The notes under the pieces were generated by a model. The model searched no databases. It saw only the letters and a list, made by a program, of their open reading frames with translations, and was not told where the DNA came from. DNA of 64,000 bases from an uncultured candidate division Zixibacteria bacterium (GTDB lineage: Bacteria; Zixibacteria; MSB-5A5; GN15; FEB-12), in contig OY760907.1 of the NCBI GenBank assembly GCA_963664195.1, positions 3,744,001 through 3,808,000 on the forward strand, given 5' to 3'. Below, in pieces: positions 27,352-36,316 of this stretch. Each line of letters opens with the position of its first letter. Positions within the stretch are counted from its first letter, which is position 1. A program made the translations under genes and the position numbers.

Positions 27352-27642
27352 CTAGAGGTCCAGATCGCCCATCAACCGTTCCGCGATTATTTCTTTCACT
27401 TCCGGTTTTTCATAGAAGCCTGATTCAATCCGCTTCCTGATCAAGGCCATGCGTTCTTCTTTCGCACTGTTTTCCAGTTGCAGTTTTTGATCGGCCATCT
27501 CAGAGAGCTGGCTGCGCGCGTTGTCTGAAATCTCGACCTGGTCGGCGATCTGTTTCTCTCTCGTTTCGATCTCCGGACGCTGGTTCTTTTGTGGTTCGGA
27601 CTGTTGCACGCTGTTGTGTTTCGTCAAAGGTCCAATCTTCAT
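27352..27642 (-). CDS. flgM: Anti-sigma28 factor FlgM
   Basis: DQVEIS...ERMALIRKRIESGFY...IAERL; size and context fit. Confidence 0.85.
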   Translation of the reverse strand: MKIGPLTKHNSVQQSEPQKNQRPEIETREKQIADQVEISDNARSQLSEMADQKLQLENSAKEERMALIRKRIESGFYEKPEVKEIIAERLMGDLDL

Positions 27643-27662
27643 CTCTTCACCTTCTACTTATC

Positions 27663-27690
27663 CTATCGTCGGTGAAACAGCCGGACTTTA
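27663..27690 (-). promoter_or_regulatory. sigma28 promoter of flgM-HDOD
   Basis: TAAA-N16-GACGATAG. Confidence 0.6.
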
Positions 27691-27727
27691 GGGCGATTCC
27701 CCGTCTGCCCGGCGGCCGCTTGCGTCG

Positions 27728-28189
27728 CTATTTCTTGCTGTCGACGAACTGCGCGGGCGGTTCTGCCGACGTCATGTACTGCAAAATCTTCTTCGAGTTC
27801 TTCAACTCACCCAGCTCGACCCGAATCCTCTCGTGGCGGTTGGTGAGAAACTCGCGATTATCCTCAACCAGTTTGATGTTTTTCTTCACCAGAGTGGCAA
27901 TACTGTTAATCGTCTTGCGAACATCCGGGTGAACCGCGGCCAGTTTGAACAGGCGCGGGCTTTTCTGTCGAATGGTAGTCACTTTCGCTTCTGACTCCTG
28001 AATGCGGCGCTGGCAACGCTCGATCTCGGCATACAGGTCCAGAAGATTCTCGTCTTTATCGTACTTGAGTATGTCGCTCTGCTTGTCCAGGAGGACATAA
28101 AGCGACTGGTAGAAGGAGTATTCCTTTTTCAGGATTGTCAGGAGGGCCTGTTCCAGTTGACTGATCGCATTTGTGTTCGTCGATTCCAT
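27728..28189 (-). CDS. Helical flagellar chaperone-like protein (FlgN/FliT-like)
   Basis: Follows fliS; amphipathic helices; ends QFVDSKK as FlgN-type proteins do. Start moved to MESTNT. Confidence 0.6.
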   Translation of the reverse strand: MESTNTNAISQLEQALLTILKKEYSFYQSLYVLLDKQSDILKYDKDENLLDLYAEIERCQRRIQESEAKVTTIRQKSPRLFKLAAVHPDVRKTINSIATLVKKNIKLVEDNREFLTNRHERIRVELGELKNSKKILQYMTSAEPPAQFVDSKK

Positions 28190-28191
28190 AG

Positions 28192-28632
28192 TTACCCTGA
28201 GATGGCGAAGCTGCCGGTCGGGGCCGGTGCTGTCGGCTGTTCGCTCGGAACGGCATTCTCTGCCTGAACCTGCTGTTTGAGGCCCGCCCATCCTTCACGG
28301 ATGTTGCCAAGCACTTTCATAATCGCGTCGATTTGTTCGAGACTCTTGGTGCCCTGAATCACGTTCGATTCGTTCAAAATGAACGTGTAGAGCTTGCCCA
28401 GATTCTCGGCGACCTCGCCCCCGTCTTCGAAATTGAGAGTCGTGTACAGATGTGTGACAAAGCGCTTTGCTTTCTCCATCTCCTCAAAGCCCGCCTGGTA
28501 GTCTTCGTTTGAGTAGTGTTCTCTTGCCGTACCGAAAGCCCGCGACGCACCGTCGTAGACCTGCAAAACGAGGTCGAGTTGCGATTTTCCCATGGTGTCG
28601 GTTGTGCGGTAAGCGCCTAGTTTGTCGTCCAT
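28192..28632 (-). CDS. fliS: Flagellin export chaperone FliS
   Basis: LVLQVYDGA, TLNFEDGGEVAENLGKLYTF, IREGW. Confidence 0.92.
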   Translation of the reverse strand: MDDKLGAYRTTDTMGKSQLDLVLQVYDGASRAFGTAREHYSNEDYQAGFEEMEKAKRFVTHLYTTLNFEDGGEVAENLGKLYTFILNESNVIQGTKSLEQIDAIMKVLGNIREGWAGLKQQVQAENAVPSEQPTAPAPTGSFAISG

Positions 28633-28676
28633 GATGCCCTGCCTGTTAATATGTGCTCAGTCTATTGTCTTCCTGA

Positions 28677-30998
28677 TTAGAAGTCCCAGTTCGAATCCAG
28701 AGTGGCCAGTTGGCTGGTCAGCCAATTGCTGTTATTTTGTAGCATGCCGAGAGTCTCCTCCATGCGGAGCCACTTCTCGGTCAGGGAGTAACGACGCTTT
28801 TCGAGCCGCAAATCGAATTCTTCGATCCGCTTGGTCAGGTATTCCACCTGATTCTGATAGCCTTGTACTCTTCGGGCAATAAGCCCGTCACCCGCGGCCG
28901 TGTAGCTGTCCAGCAGGTCATCGAGTCTCGCGGCGACACCTTTGGTCACCCCCACCGTACCCTCGGCACCGTCGCCGAGTTGCGAAGACGTCAGTGAGAT
29001 ATTCAGTTTCAGACCAGCAGTCGTAGCATTGTCCTCGTCGCCGGTGAGCACCTGTCCGAGACCGGTAGCACTCTCACCGTTGATCGTACCCTCGACATTC
29101 GTGCCTATGTGACTCGTCCCGGTGGCTAAGCCGAGTGTCACCAGAGCCGACTCCGGCACACTGGTGACGATGTTTACTTTCGAACCTTCGCCGTACGATG
29201 AACTGGTGAGGTTGATGTACCCGACTCCTGTGCCGCTCTCAACCCATTCAACTTCCAGACCTTTGCCGCCGATCTTGTCATCGGCATCTACTTTCTGCTG
29301 CAGTTCCTTGATCAACTCCTCGGCGGAGTTGTAAGTTCTCGCACTCAGCACAATGGTTTCGGATTGAAGCCCATCGATCGAGAAAGCCAGTTTGTTGTTT
29401 GCGCTGGTCAGAGTGAGCGGTGTAGTCCCCGGATCGGTCATGCCAACGCCCTGGAAGCGTCCCCTGGTGGCGGCATGAGTGATGTTCACTTCGTACTGCT
29501 CGCCTTCACGAGTTTCGTTTCCGGCCGAGAGGAATTCGATGTAATTGCTACTGGAGCTGCCGGCGTTTGTGAACAGCCGGACAACCGCGTCCAGATCCTC
29601 GGTCAGGGCCTCTTCGAGACGGCTGCTGTTCTTGATCGCAAGCTGACCATTCACGCCCGTGCGAATTCCCACCGAGTACATCTGATTGTACTTGGAATCA
29701 ATACCTTCAATCCGATCGCCAAAGGCATTCTGGATTGAATTCTGCATGATTTGCACCGTGCGATCACCGAACAGAATACCGGACTCGGTTGTATCCTGGT
29801 TGTACGTGTTCTGCTGGTCGATGAAATCCATCACGTCATTGTACGCAGTGATCACCGATTGAATGTCACTCTTGATCGCCGACGTATCCGTGGACGTAGT
29901 AATGCTTATCGAGTCGCCCGGCTCGGTCTCTTTCCTCAGTACAAGTGAGACACCCGGTATGACCTCTTTGAACTGATTCGTTTCCGACGTCACCGTGATC
30001 GGTGAGCCGCCACCGCCTGCGGAGCCTACGGCCAGCTTGGCATCGGAAGCTTCCTGCAACAACGGTGAAAAAGAGCCAACCTGGAACGTATCGCCACCGG
30101 TGAACTGCCCGGCGGAGAAGGACAATTTAAGCCCTTCAGACCCGTCCCCCACTAACTCTATTTCCGTGTCAGCCTGGGTAACCACGATTGACCCCGAATT
30201 GGTGCCGTCGGTCCAATTGAGTGTGATATTGTCGGTGCCTACGGTCTGTGCGCCGTTGCCGTCAACCGTGAACGTATATATCTTGTTTTCATCGCCGGTG
30301 AATGCGGCCGTGGAACCGAGTGCCACCTGCGCGGTGGTCCCGGGATCGGTCGCCAGCATCTCCGGGATGTCGAATGATGCGGTCGAGTAATTGAGATTAT
30401 CGCCACCGGTAAGGTTGGAGGTGATAGATATCTTGTTTGCGACACCGGTTTCGTTCGCCGAAAGAATCAAGCGGTGCGAATTGGAACCGGAACCATCGCT
30501 AATAATACTCGCTGTAACTCCGGCCTCGGCATCATTGATAGCCTTGGCTATGCCGTCCAGGGAATTGTTTGAGGAATCAATCGTGATCGTCTGTTCGGAG
30601 CCGTCGCCAACGGACAATGAGATCGTCCCCATACCAAAGGAAGAGGATTCCCTATCATCGAAACCCTGGCTGGCCAATTGATGATTACGAGCCAGTGACA
30701 GCACCTGCATATCGTACGATCCCGACCCCACTTTGCCGGTCGCGGTCGCATTGATATATGTGTCATCGGAGATATCTACGGACGCGGCGTTGAATGTCTT
30801 AGTCAGCGCAAGTTTGCCGACAGCTGTATTGAGCGCCAGAAGCTTGGCTTCAAATGCTTTGAAAGCGGAAATAATGTTGGTCTTCTCGGCCTGCTGGCGC
30901 TCCAGGAGAACCGCCGGTTGCCGTTCGACCGCCATGATGGAATCAATGATCTCCTGGGTGTTCAACCCCGAGTTGATTCCGTCGATCGAGAAAGCCAT
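28677..30998 (-). CDS. fliD: Flagellar filament cap FliD (large, 773 aa)
   Basis: GINSGLNTQEIID N-terminus, VIPGVSL, AYNDV, C-terminal coiled coil; between fliC and fliS. Confidence 0.93.
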   Translation of the reverse strand: MAFSIDGINSGLNTQEIIDSIMAVERQPAVLLERQQAEKTNIISAFKAFEAKLLALNTAVGKLALTKTFNAASVDISDDTYINATATGKVGSGSYDMQVLSLARNHQLASQGFDDRESSSFGMGTISLSVGDGSEQTITIDSSNNSLDGIAKAINDAEAGVTASIISDGSGSNSHRLILSANETGVANKISITSNLTGGDNLNYSTASFDIPEMLATDPGTTAQVALGSTAAFTGDENKIYTFTVDGNGAQTVGTDNITLNWTDGTNSGSIVVTQADTEIELVGDGSEGLKLSFSAGQFTGGDTFQVGSFSPLLQEASDAKLAVGSAGGGGSPITVTSETNQFKEVIPGVSLVLRKETEPGDSISITTSTDTSAIKSDIQSVITAYNDVMDFIDQQNTYNQDTTESGILFGDRTVQIMQNSIQNAFGDRIEGIDSKYNQMYSVGIRTGVNGQLAIKNSSRLEEALTEDLDAVVRLFTNAGSSSSNYIEFLSAGNETREGEQYEVNITHAATRGRFQGVGMTDPGTTPLTLTSANNKLAFSIDGLQSETIVLSARTYNSAEELIKELQQKVDADDKIGGKGLEVEWVESGTGVGYINLTSSSYGEGSKVNIVTSVPESALVTLGLATGTSHIGTNVEGTINGESATGLGQVLTGDEDNATTAGLKLNISLTSSQLGDGAEGTVGVTKGVAARLDDLLDSYTAAGDGLIARRVQGYQNQVEYLTKRIEEFDLRLEKRRYSLTEKWLRMEETLGMLQNNSNWLTSQLATLDSNWDF

Positions 30999-31047
30999 GT
31001 TACCTCCTGTTGAGCAATGACTCCGATGTCATCCTGTTTTTTATGGT

Positions 31048-31075
31048 TCCGGGAGGGAGTGACCTCCCTCCCGGA
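31048..31075. other. Perfect 12-bp hairpin between fliC and fliD (mRNA stability or partial termination)
   Basis: TCCGGGAGGGAG-TGAC-CTCCCTCCCGGA; no U-tract in the coding direction. Confidence 0.6.
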
Positions 31076-31092
31076 TAACCGGTCTATAATGA

Positions 31093-33258
31093 CTAACGGA
31101 AGAGTGACAGAACGATTTGCGGCATCTGGTTGGCCTGAGCCAACATGGAGGTACCGGCCTGAACCAGAATCTGGTTCTTGGTGAATTCTGACATTTCCGA
31201 AGCCATATCAGTGTCACGAATCTGCGATTCCGAAGCGGTCAGGTTCTGAGCCGCAATACGGAGGTTACGCAGGTTCGATTCCAGAGAGTTCTTCTGGAAG
31301 CTACCCAGCTTACCACGAGAGGTAGACACTTCGTTGATGGCAGAGTCGATGAGAGACTGCGCATTCTGAGCGCCCTGCGACGTGGTAACGTCGATGTGGG
31401 ACAGCGAGGTAAACATGTTGCCCGCAATACCCTTACCGAGGGAACCGGACGACATATTGGAGAGACCGATCGAAACGGTCTGACCGACATTCGGACCAAC
31501 CTGGAAGACTAGAGACTGGTCGGTGTTGTTGAGGGTCTCGGTACCACCAACAGAGGTCAGATCGATGTTCAAGCTGACCTGCTCGCTGCGATCGGCGTTG
31601 TAGACGGTTGAGTCCACACCGGCCGTTACTTCGGTAGCCGGGCCTCCGTCGATGCGGACATCGAACTTAGCAGCCTTAACGTCGAGCAACAGGTTACCGG
31701 TATTGAGACCGTTCTGGGCAGTGCCGACCACAAGGTCGATAGAGCCGCGACCGTTATCACCGGAAGCCTTGTTGTACAACGTGGCAGTGGAGGTGGAACC
31801 GTACTTGACCGAGGTGATGGTGCTGGTGTAGTTATCGAAACTTACCAGCGCATCGATGCCGGTCTGGGCAGTGGTATCGGTGGTCAACTTCATAATGTTC
31901 TGAAGAGCACCGGTACCAGCAACGGCGTTGTTCTGGACCGAGTAGTCCGAACCCTCATCGCGCGTGGCAAACTGAATAGTATTGCCAACGACGCTGGATA
32001 CCAGGTCGCTGTCCGTACTTCCGGCAGCAGTGCCAAAGGCGGCTGTGAGGCCGGCCTGGATTGCGGTATTCAGTTGCGACATACTCGTGTACGTGTTCGC
32101 GGCAACCGTCACGGTCTGGTTATTATTGGCATTCGCTTCGGTAGTTGCGGTCATGTCGAGAGTGTTCTGGGAGGCACCGCGTGAAGAGGCACCGGTCATG
32201 GCAAACTCGGTCGCGGCAGCGGTCGTGGTCATAGCGTCAGCCTGAACGGAATACTCAGCGCCGTCGTTGGCAGCCTGGATTCTCATAATGGCGGTTCCGG
32301 TGGACGCAGAAGCAGTGATCTTACCGGACAAGGACGTATTCAGGTTTATCTGAGTCTGCAGTTTGGCAGCAAGATCATCCATTCCTTCGCCGAGTTCGGC
32401 CGTGATCGTGAGCGTCTGCTTACCGGTGACTGACTCGCCCTTTTCCTGGTAATTGAGTGTGAACGTGTAATCACCGGCACTGCCGACGGTTACGGGCCCA
32501 CTCAACTGACCGGTGGAAGTGACTTCAGCGGCGGTGGCCGCGGCGGCCAGGGTCAGGTTGTTGCCGAAAGCATCCGTCAGGTTGATATCGCCAGAAGTCT
32601 TAGTGGCAGCGCCAGAAGCCTGGAGAACGTCGAGCTGATGGACCGCTTCGTTCAGGTTTGAAGGATCACCGTCGGTGTTGGCCAGCGAGAGACCGAGAGA
32701 GGTCGTGTTCAGCGTGGCAGACGATTCCGATACGCGAGTAGCGGAGATCGAATGTGCGCCGGAAGTCAGACCGGACTCTTTGATCGTCAGACCGGATGAG
32801 TTCGCCGACGTGATCGTAGCGACATTGTTCTTGGAACCGTCGATCAACTTCTTGGTACCGAACTGGGTGGTAGAAGCGATACGATCGATGGTTTTCAGGG
32901 CGTTGTCGATTTCAGCCTGGTCCGCTTTCAACTGATCTGTGTCGTTGAAGCCTTCGTTGGCGGCGTGAATAGCCAGTTCTCTCATGGAGATCAACAGGCT
33001 GTTGATTTCAGTGAGAGCGCCTTCAGCGGTCTGGATCATGGTGATTGATCCTTCCGAATTCTGGATCGCGCGGTTCAGACCGGCGATCTGAGCGCGGAAC
33101 TGCTCAGAAATAACGAGACCTGCAGGATCGTCGGACGCGGAGTTAATCCGGAAGCCCGAAGACAGCTTCTGCATGGACTTTTCCTGCGCTGCCGTGGTGA
33201 GCGCAAGATTTCGGTTGGCGTTAAGCGCCGAAAGATTGTGGTTAATGCGAAGTGACAT
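31093..33258 (-). CDS. fliC: Flagellin (721 aa, large variable domain)
   Basis: MSLRINHN...KLSSGFRINSASDDPAGL; FQVGPN; NLTASESQIRDTDMASEM...AQAN. Confidence 0.98.
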   Translation of the reverse strand: MSLRINHNLSALNANRNLALTTAAQEKSMQKLSSGFRINSASDDPAGLVISEQFRAQIAGLNRAIQNSEGSITMIQTAEGALTEINSLLISMRELAIHAANEGFNDTDQLKADQAEIDNALKTIDRIASTTQFGTKKLIDGSKNNVATITSANSSGLTIKESGLTSGAHSISATRVSESSATLNTTSLGLSLANTDGDPSNLNEAVHQLDVLQASGAATKTSGDINLTDAFGNNLTLAAAATAAEVTSTGQLSGPVTVGSAGDYTFTLNYQEKGESVTGKQTLTITAELGEGMDDLAAKLQTQINLNTSLSGKITASASTGTAIMRIQAANDGAEYSVQADAMTTTAAATEFAMTGASSRGASQNTLDMTATTEANANNNQTVTVAANTYTSMSQLNTAIQAGLTAAFGTAAGSTDSDLVSSVVGNTIQFATRDEGSDYSVQNNAVAGTGALQNIMKLTTDTTAQTGIDALVSFDNYTSTITSVKYGSTSTATLYNKASGDNGRGSIDLVVGTAQNGLNTGNLLLDVKAAKFDVRIDGGPATEVTAGVDSTVYNADRSEQVSLNIDLTSVGGTETLNNTDQSLVFQVGPNVGQTVSIGLSNMSSGSLGKGIAGNMFTSLSHIDVTTSQGAQNAQSLIDSAINEVSTSRGKLGSFQKNSLESNLRNLRIAAQNLTASESQIRDTDMASEMSEFTKNQILVQAGTSMLAQANQMPQIVLSLFR

Positions 33259-33480
33259 TCGTCATCCTCCTTGAATATTACTTAAAGGTTTCCTTACCAT
33301 TGTTTCCGTAGCATTGGAATGGTATGTCACTTCCTATGTTCGCTTGAAATTCTAGAGCATCCTCATCCAATGGGAGCTCTCTTACTGGGTGTCTGTTCCC
33401 TATGTCCTCCTGTGATCTCAAGGATACCGTCCCTTGTACTGTATATAAATCAAACATACTTAGTCCGTTTCTCATACCTT
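33259..33480 (-). promoter_or_regulatory. Long flagellin 5' leader with multiple CsrA-type GGA sites
   Basis: 12 GGA triplets in about 220 nt, including AGGAGGAUG over the RBS; csrA and fliW are in the cluster. Confidence 0.7.
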
Positions 33481-33482
33481 TG

Positions 33483-33509
33483 TGATCGGTATTTCCCCTT
33501 TGGACTTAA
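33483..33509 (-). promoter_or_regulatory. sigma28 promoter of fliC
   Basis: TTAA-N15-ACCGATCA. Confidence 0.65.
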
Positions 33510-33563
33510 CACCGTAACCCGGCTTTTTTTGGCCTTCTTAAAAAGAAGCCAAAATCGCTCCAT

Positions 33564-36299
33564 TCAAGCCTCTCCGACCGGTTCGGCCAGTCCGGCGAGC
33601 CGTTGTTGTGCGGGCTTGAACTCAGAGTCGATCTGGAGTATTCTCCGGTACCCCATCAAGGCTGAATCTCTATGTCCCATATGGAGATAGCACTCCGACA
33701 GGCGGAACAGTGCGAGAACGTCGTCCACTTTCACACCGAGATACTTCTCGTAGTAACTCAATGCAGTTTCATAATCGCCAGTTCCTGACCAGAGATCACC
33801 GATCACACGCAGAATGTCGATTTCCTGCGGCTCAAGGCTGTAATATCGTTCAAGTAGTGGCACCGCATTGTCCGGCCGACCCAACCGAATCTCTACCAGA
33901 CCGAGGTTTCGGAACGCCGCCGAGGAGACAGGTTCAGTCTCCAAAGCACGGCGGTATTGTGCCGAGGCCCGATCGTAGTCTTCGAGTTTGAAATAGCAGT
34001 TGCCGAGATCGTTGAGCAGCTCTGACGACGTATTCTGTTCGAGCAGCGTCGAGTAGCAATCGGCGGCCTCACGGTACTGTCCCTGCCCGAATAGAGCACC
34101 GGCCAGGTCACCGGCGATTTGCGCGTTGTCAGGATCGAGGTCCTGAGCCGTTTTGAGCATACAAACCGCTTCGCTGTTTTTCCCGGCCCGGAGTAACACC
34201 CGACCCAATCGAGCCGTTACTTCAGCGTCTCGTGATTCGTTTTCGAGCACGGTCCGGTAGCAGTTTTCGGCGCGGGCGTACTCTCCCCTGTTGGCGGCAA
34301 GGTAACCCAGCCCCATCCAGGATTCGCGAGAGTAGTTGCCTGTCTTCACCTGGCGATTCATGCACTGCTCGGCCTCGGATGTCTTGCCCTGTGTCATCAG
34401 TACGCGCCCGAGATAGCCGCTGGCTTCAAGGTAGGCCGGATCAAGCTCGACCGTCTTCCGATAGAACTGCTCGGCTTTCTGCACATCACCGGAGACATCA
34501 GCTATCATCGCCAGTCCGTAGAAAGCCGCTACCCGTGAGTCGAGATGCATAATGATCATGTTCTCAGATTCGGCACCGGCATCGTACGCTGCCTGCACGT
34601 CCACGTATTTCTGGTAATGCACGGCGGCATCATCGTACTGCTCCTGTGCGGCGGCGACATGCCCCAGCAATAGCAGCGGGTCAAGGTAGTCCGGCTTTTC
34701 ATCCAATGCCCGATTGGCGAATTCAATCGCCTTCTCAAAGTCTTTGCAGTAGAAATGGGTCCAGGCGAGCTGGCTGAGGCACATCAGATAAATGTACCGA
34801 CTCTGTTTGTCCGGCGGCGTGGAGAGTTCAACCGCACGCCCGGCCATTTTGATGATCCGGTCTGCATGGACAGTGAGATCGTCTTCACGCAATCCGCACA
34901 GCAACTGTGCGTAGTTGAAGAGTGCAAAGGCGTTGTCGGGGTTCTCTTCGAGTTGCTTTTCGAGCAGAGCACTGGTACGTTCGGCCTTTTTCTGCATCTT
35001 CTCTTTCGAGAGATCGTAGCCAAGGTGTCGTATTCTTGCCGGGGTGCGATGTACGACCGTCTCCGGCTTCAACGTCAGCACGTTGTGGACAATTCCCTCA
35101 TAGCGAAGGCCTGTCTCGCTGCGGAAGAACCTCACCGACGGCAGGAAAGTCTTCTCTTCGTTATTGTCGCCGTAGACGTTGAAGACGTTGATCGAAATGA
35201 TGTTGCAGTTCTGGTCACCAAGCAGAGGCCTGACGATCTTAAGATCGTCCACTTCGAACCGCTCGTCAGCGTCTATAATAAATATCCAATCGCTCGAAGC
35301 CTGTTCAATCGAGTAGTTGCGATGCTTGGAGAAGTTGCCCTCCCACGGTTGGTGGAAGATCTTCGCCCCATACTGCTCGGCAATCTCAACCGTGCGGTCC
35401 GTGGACCCGGTGTCAACGAGAATGATTTCATCGACCCAATCCCGGATCGATTCCAAACAACCTTCAAGCAGTTCTTCCTCGTCCTTGACAATCATACAGG
35501 CGGACACGGTAGGTCTTTCCTCCAACGTGGCGGCGAGCATACGAAGCTCCTGCGCCTGTCGGCAGGTCTTGAGCCCCTGTTCTACAACGGTTCGTGCTTT
35601 GCCACGTTGCTGCTGTGAGATGAAGAGATTAGCGAGGTTGACATAGGGCAAGTAGTTGCCGGGGTCAGCCGAAATAGAGCGTCCGTAGGCGGCTTCGGCT
35701 TCTTCGAGCTGTTTCTTCTCTTTGAAGGCAGTCGCAAGGAAATTGTATAGCTGTGAGGCATGGGCGTCGTTGGCGGTTATGTCCGCGGGCATTGCCTTCC
35801 CTTGAGTGATCGCATTCAGAATCGCCAGATACTGACTGCAAGCCTCGATGGCGGCATCGTATTCACGCAGTGTCAGACTGATATAGGCCTGAATGTAGTA
35901 GATATCCATAGATTCGGCGGCGGCGGCGATGGCTCGTTTGACAATCTTCTCAGCTTCGAGACACTGCCCCAAGTGCCCGTAACCGAGCGCCAGCAGGCGA
36001 TTGTAATCGTCACGCTGATCTGTTTGCGCGAACGGATAGAGTCTTTCCAAGTGCCCCACAGCCTGCGGAATCTTCGGCGCCTGGCCAGCGCGCCCGTAGT
36101 ACGTTCCGAGGGCCAGGGCGGCGGGAATGTTCTCAGGGTCGTTACGAACCTCGCTCATCAGTTGATCGAGCGTCACCTCGCGGTTATTCTCAAACGCATC
36201 CCGCCCGCATTTGTTAGTCTGACTGCGCGATGAATTCCGGCGACGGTTCTGGTGTTTGATCGCCGACTGTTTCGCCTTTTGCTTCTTGTTTTTTCCCAC
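33564..36299 (-). CDS. TPR-GT2-TPR glycosyltransferase (probable flagellin glycosylation)
   Basis: SACMIVKDEE, DTGSTDRT, DADE, YEGIVH, HLGY; many TPRs; directly upstream of fliC. Confidence 0.88.
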   Translation of the reverse strand: MGKNKKQKAKQSAIKHQNRRRNSSRSQTNKCGRDAFENNREVTLDQLMSEVRNDPENIPAALALGTYYGRAGQAPKIPQAVGHLERLYPFAQTDQRDDYNRLLALGYGHLGQCLEAEKIVKRAIAAAAESMDIYYIQAYISLTLREYDAAIEACSQYLAILNAITQGKAMPADITANDAHASQLYNFLATAFKEKKQLEEAEAAYGRSISADPGNYLPYVNLANLFISQQQRGKARTVVEQGLKTCRQAQELRMLAATLEERPTVSACMIVKDEEELLEGCLESIRDWVDEIILVDTGSTDRTVEIAEQYGAKIFHQPWEGNFSKHRNYSIEQASSDWIFIIDADERFEVDDLKIVRPLLGDQNCNIISINVFNVYGDNNEEKTFLPSVRFFRSETGLRYEGIVHNVLTLKPETVVHRTPARIRHLGYDLSKEKMQKKAERTSALLEKQLEENPDNAFALFNYAQLLCGLREDDLTVHADRIIKMAGRAVELSTPPDKQSRYIYLMCLSQLAWTHFYCKDFEKAIEFANRALDEKPDYLDPLLLLGHVAAAQEQYDDAAVHYQKYVDVQAAYDAGAESENMIIMHLDSRVAAFYGLAMIADVSGDVQKAEQFYRKTVELDPAYLEASGYLGRVLMTQGKTSEAEQCMNRQVKTGNYSRESWMGLGYLAANRGEYARAENCYRTVLENESRDAEVTARLGRVLLRAGKNSEAVCMLKTAQDLDPDNAQIAGDLAGALFGQGQYREAADCYSTLLEQNTSSELLNDLGNCYFKLEDYDRASAQYRRALETEPVSSAAFRNLGLVEIRLGRPDNAVPLLERYYSLEPQEIDILRVIGDLWSGTGDYETALSYYEKYLGVKVDDVLALFRLSECYLHMGHRDSALMGYRRILQIDSEFKPAQQRLAGLAEPVGEA

Positions 36300-36316
36300 G
36301 ACTTGGAGTCTTTCAT

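Noticed and set aside
33278..33475. 65-aa ORF within the flagellin leader
   Set aside because: It starts within a few nt of the predicted TSS, has a poor RBS and no recognisable motif. The GGA-rich RNA leader explains the region better, but the ORF cannot be excluded without ribosome profiling.
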